Shown: piece by piece, positions 7,462 to 9,758 of the stretch | Layout of the letters: the number at the start of each line of letters is the position of its first letter | Numbering within the stretch: position 1 is the stretch's first letter | Assembly (NCBI GenBank): GCA_043228905.1 | Contig: JBHGNT010001333.1 | Coordinates: 1-9,758, forward strand | Direction of reading: 5' to 3' | DNA length: 9,758 bases | DNA from: Azolla caroliniana | Taxonomy: Eukaryota; Plantae; Polypodiophyta | Made by a program: the position numbers and the translations under genes | Notes under the pieces: generated by a model | Database searches by the model: none | What the model saw: the letters and a program-made list of their open reading frames with translations, nothing else | What the model was told of the DNA's origin: nothing

Positions 7462-8919
7462 TTATACGGTCTTAAGCAAGCCCTGCGAGCTTGGAACACG
7501 AAGATTACGCAACGGTTGGGTAGGATGGGGTTTACGATGTCCAAATCGGACTCTTCGTTATTCGGTCGGCAAGGTTGACATGGACCAGTTTGTCTTTTAC
7601 TTTATGTTGATGGTTTAGTCATCGTCGGTGCTGACTTGGAAGAAATCCGTTGTGTAAAGTCTCAGCTTGTGCGTCGTTCGAAATGAAGGATCTCGGCAAT
7701 CTTCATTACTTCCTTGGGATCGAAGTTATCCATTCCCTCGAAGGCATATTGATCAACCAACGTCATTACGTGTTGAATATGCTCTTCAAGTTCGGGATGG
7801 TAGATTGTAAGCCCATCTCAACCCCTCTGGATAGAAATGTAAGGCGTGCAACCCGACACGATTTCGACAGATTGTCGGAAGCCTCATTTACTTGACGATC
7901 ACTCGACCCGACCTCAACTATCCAGTCAGAATGATCAGTCAATTTATGTATCAACCCACAACTGAACACCTTCAATGCGCACAAAGAATATTAAGATATG
8001 TTATCGGCACGAAAGACATGGCGTTGTTGTATCGTGAAGGCATAGCCGAACAGTTAGTCGGCTACACGGATGCCGATTGGGCCGGAAATGCCCATGATCG
8101 TAGTCCACATCCAGATACGCAGTCTCATTGGGAAGTGCGGAGATCGCGTGGAGTAGTAAGAAGCAGCCAACAGTAGCGTTGTCGAGCACGGAGGTTGAAT
8201 ATCGAGGGGCGACTGTCACTACGTGCGAAGTCATCTAGCTGAAACGGCTATAACGGGATCTGCATGTCAAGGTGTTCGATTCAACAATGATCTATTGTGA
8301 CAACCTCAACAGCTTCCACCTTGCGAAGAACCATGTGTTCCACGCCCGGACCAACCACATTGAGGTGCATTATCACTTTGTCCGTGAGTGTGTCCTTTCT
8401 AGTGAGGTCGAACTGGCGTATGTTCCAACCAGTCGGCAGATTGCCAACATCTTCACCAAGCCCCTTGGTCTCGAAAAGTTAGGGCATGTCTCGGGTGAAC
8501 TGGGTTTGCATCACCTCGATATGCCAAACTTGAGGGGGAGACAAGAACAGGAACAAGAGCGTGAAAGGAGCGGTAGTGACCGTTATGCCGAAACGAATGA
8601 AGAATTCAATTTCAGGCTGGCTGAAGAAGCCAATGAAGAAGGAAACAAGGGTCGTAATCACAAGGAAGAGCCGAAGACAACCCAACAAAGGGGAAATACT
8701 ACCAAAAAGGGTGTAAAGGCCAAGGCCAAGACGTGGTCTGATGTTGTCAAGGGCCTAAAAACAAAAGATGAATTAGAGACAGCCAATTCGGGCGAAAGTG
8801 GAATTCAATCAGAAGTGTCTGATTTAATCGAAATGTTCGATTTGGATATACGAATCGACTCAGGGCCAAGTGGAGGAAAGGGCAACGAAAGAGGCGCCAA
8901 CACCGCGACAACAAGGTAG
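7462..8919 (+). pseudogene. pol: RT/RNase H remnant of element B with charged C-terminal extension
   Basis: LYGLKQA, YVDG (mutated YVDD, 7603-7614), MKDLGNLHYFLGIE, VGSLIYLTITRPDL, GYTDADWAG, WSSKKQPTVALSSTEVEY, HARTNHIEVHYHFVRE, ANIFTKPL. Stops at 7576, 8236, 8251; frameshifts near 7670, 7840 and 8104. Confidence 0.92.
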
Positions 8920-9065
8920 CTGAGAAGGGCCGCATGAGCAGACAAGCTGACCGGAAGGGTCGAAGCGCACGAAATCAAACGGGTCGAGGAGCGCGAGTGA
9001 GGCGTGAAGCCACGAGAAGCCGGAGCGAAGATCCAGCGGAGCACGCGGAATCTCAAGTTGAGCTT

Positions 9066-9074
9066 GAGGGGGAG
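9066..9074 (+). promoter_or_regulatory. Polypurine tract of element B
   Basis: GAGGGGGAG abutting TGTTGAG at 9075; identical to the PPT of element A. Confidence 0.9.
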
Positions 9075-9474
9075 TGTTGAGAGACAAGCTCAACATTGGG
9101 TACGTAACCCAGTACGTAGATTGGGTGCGTAAATCCATATGGAAAATATGGCCGTGGTAGTGTTTAAATCAAGAGGCCGTTAGAATGTTATTCCTCGTAA
9201 GGAATAGTTTTGGGAGTTAGTGTATAAGGCTCATTTATGAGTGGTCAAGTACTAGCAGTACTTGTGTCAGCCCGATAGTCAAGGCTTGTATAAAAGGTGC
9301 TCACAGAGCACGAAATATGTACAGAGAATTATTTCAATATAGTTTCGTATTTTCTACTCTCTCTATCTCTCCCTCCCTTTCTCTGTGTTTTTTGTGTTTC
9401 ACCGAACTGTCGTACTTCCAAACCGTGCACTCTGTGTTCTTACACATATGCTTCCGCACACATATTCTTTTACA
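9075..9474 (+). repeat. 3' LTR of element B (about 400 bp)
   Basis: Starts TGTTGAG after the PPT; TATAAAA at 9289-9295; CT-rich tract at about 9350-9385; ends TTTTACA at 9474 where the gypsy reading frame is cut. No partner LTR in the window, so the end is inferred. Confidence 0.8.
9289..9295 (+). promoter_or_regulatory. Putative TATA box of element B LTR
   Basis: TATAAAA(GG) in mid-LTR, upstream of a pyrimidine-rich tract. Confidence 0.55.
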
Positions 9475-9758
9475 TGGGGCCACTAGAATGATCGTTGTAC
9501 TAAATCTAATGTTTTAGTACTACCAAAATGCCCAGTTGTATATGTGTCATTTTGGACATTTGAATTGTCAATAATCCATACCTGGTTGTTGCGACTGTGA
9601 ACAAGATGACTGAGAGGGGTCAATTTGTGCTAGAATGGCTTGAGCGAAAGCATCTGTCTCCAAGTCCTCACGTATGGTATCGATAATGTGGGAATCCGAT
9701 GGCATATCGAAAACCCGCGTTGCTTGCAGTTGTGTCGGTCCCAGGATTACTTGCTTTT
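9475..9758 (-). pseudogene. pol: Ty3/gypsy pol fragment (RNase H-integrase linker and start of the integrase zinc-binding domain)
   Basis: Minus strand reads KQVILGPTQLQATRVFDMPSDSHIIDTIREDLETDAFAQAILAQIDP...MDY*QFKC, then after a frameshift/deletion near 9552 NDTYTTGHFGSTKTLDLVQRSF*WP. This matches the gypsy (H)D....GHFG..KT..LV.R.FWWP motif. Not in the ORF track. Confidence 0.82.

Larger units (their letters stand above)
7462..9474 (+). mobile_element. 5'-truncated, degenerate Ty1/copia retrotransposon (element B): partial RT, RNase H, extension, PPT and 3' LTR
   Basis: Starts abruptly at LYGLKQALRAWN; copia RT/RH motifs; PPT followed by TGTTGAG at 9075; gypsy coding sequence takes over at 9475. 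Confidence 0.9.

Noticed and set aside
9475-9486. TGG after LTR B as a PBS (which would make it a 5' LTR or tandem element)
   Set aside because: TGGGGCCACTAG is the reverse complement of gypsy codons (*WP) and matches no PBS I recognise; the LTR is preceded by a PPT.
9297-9517. Two short plus-strand ORFs
   Set aside because: Low-complexity translations of the CT-rich part of LTR B that cross the element boundary.
9497-9555. Two 8-bp inverted repeats (GTACTAAA/TTTAGTAC, CCAAAATG/CATTTTGG) resembling a MULE/MITE end
   Set aside because: They lie within gypsy integrase coding sequence on the minus strand, so are probably coincidental, although the second abuts the deletion point.

Overview
Eukaryotic, plant-type repetitive DNA (features suggest a non-seed plant such as a moss, liverwort or fern; inference only) made of nested transposable elements, with no intact cellular gene. 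(1) A structurally complete, recently inserted Ty1/copia LTR retrotransposon at 275-5903 (+). It has a TACTA target-site duplication, 553/500-bp LTRs carrying an 18-bp palindromic tandem array, a tRNA-iMet PBS, a PPT, and a gag-pol broken by 2 stops, a 67-bp duplication and a 2-bp insertion. (2) It sits inside an unrelated ORF remnant (1-274 joined to 5909-6074), possibly from a DNA transposon whose right end lies near 7460. That flank also has minus-strand splice signals and short repeats. (3) The 3' half of an older, GC/CpG-richer copia of a related lineage (about 7462-9474), with a duplicated PPT and an in-frame extension of about 178 codons after RNase H. (4) A Ty3/gypsy pol fragment on the minus strand (9475-9758) into which element 3 inserted. 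The most notable signals are cis-acting features shared by the two otherwise divergent copia elements: a 42-nt PPT-enclosing alternative-hairpin block and a U5 sequence complementary to the tRNA-iMet D-arm.
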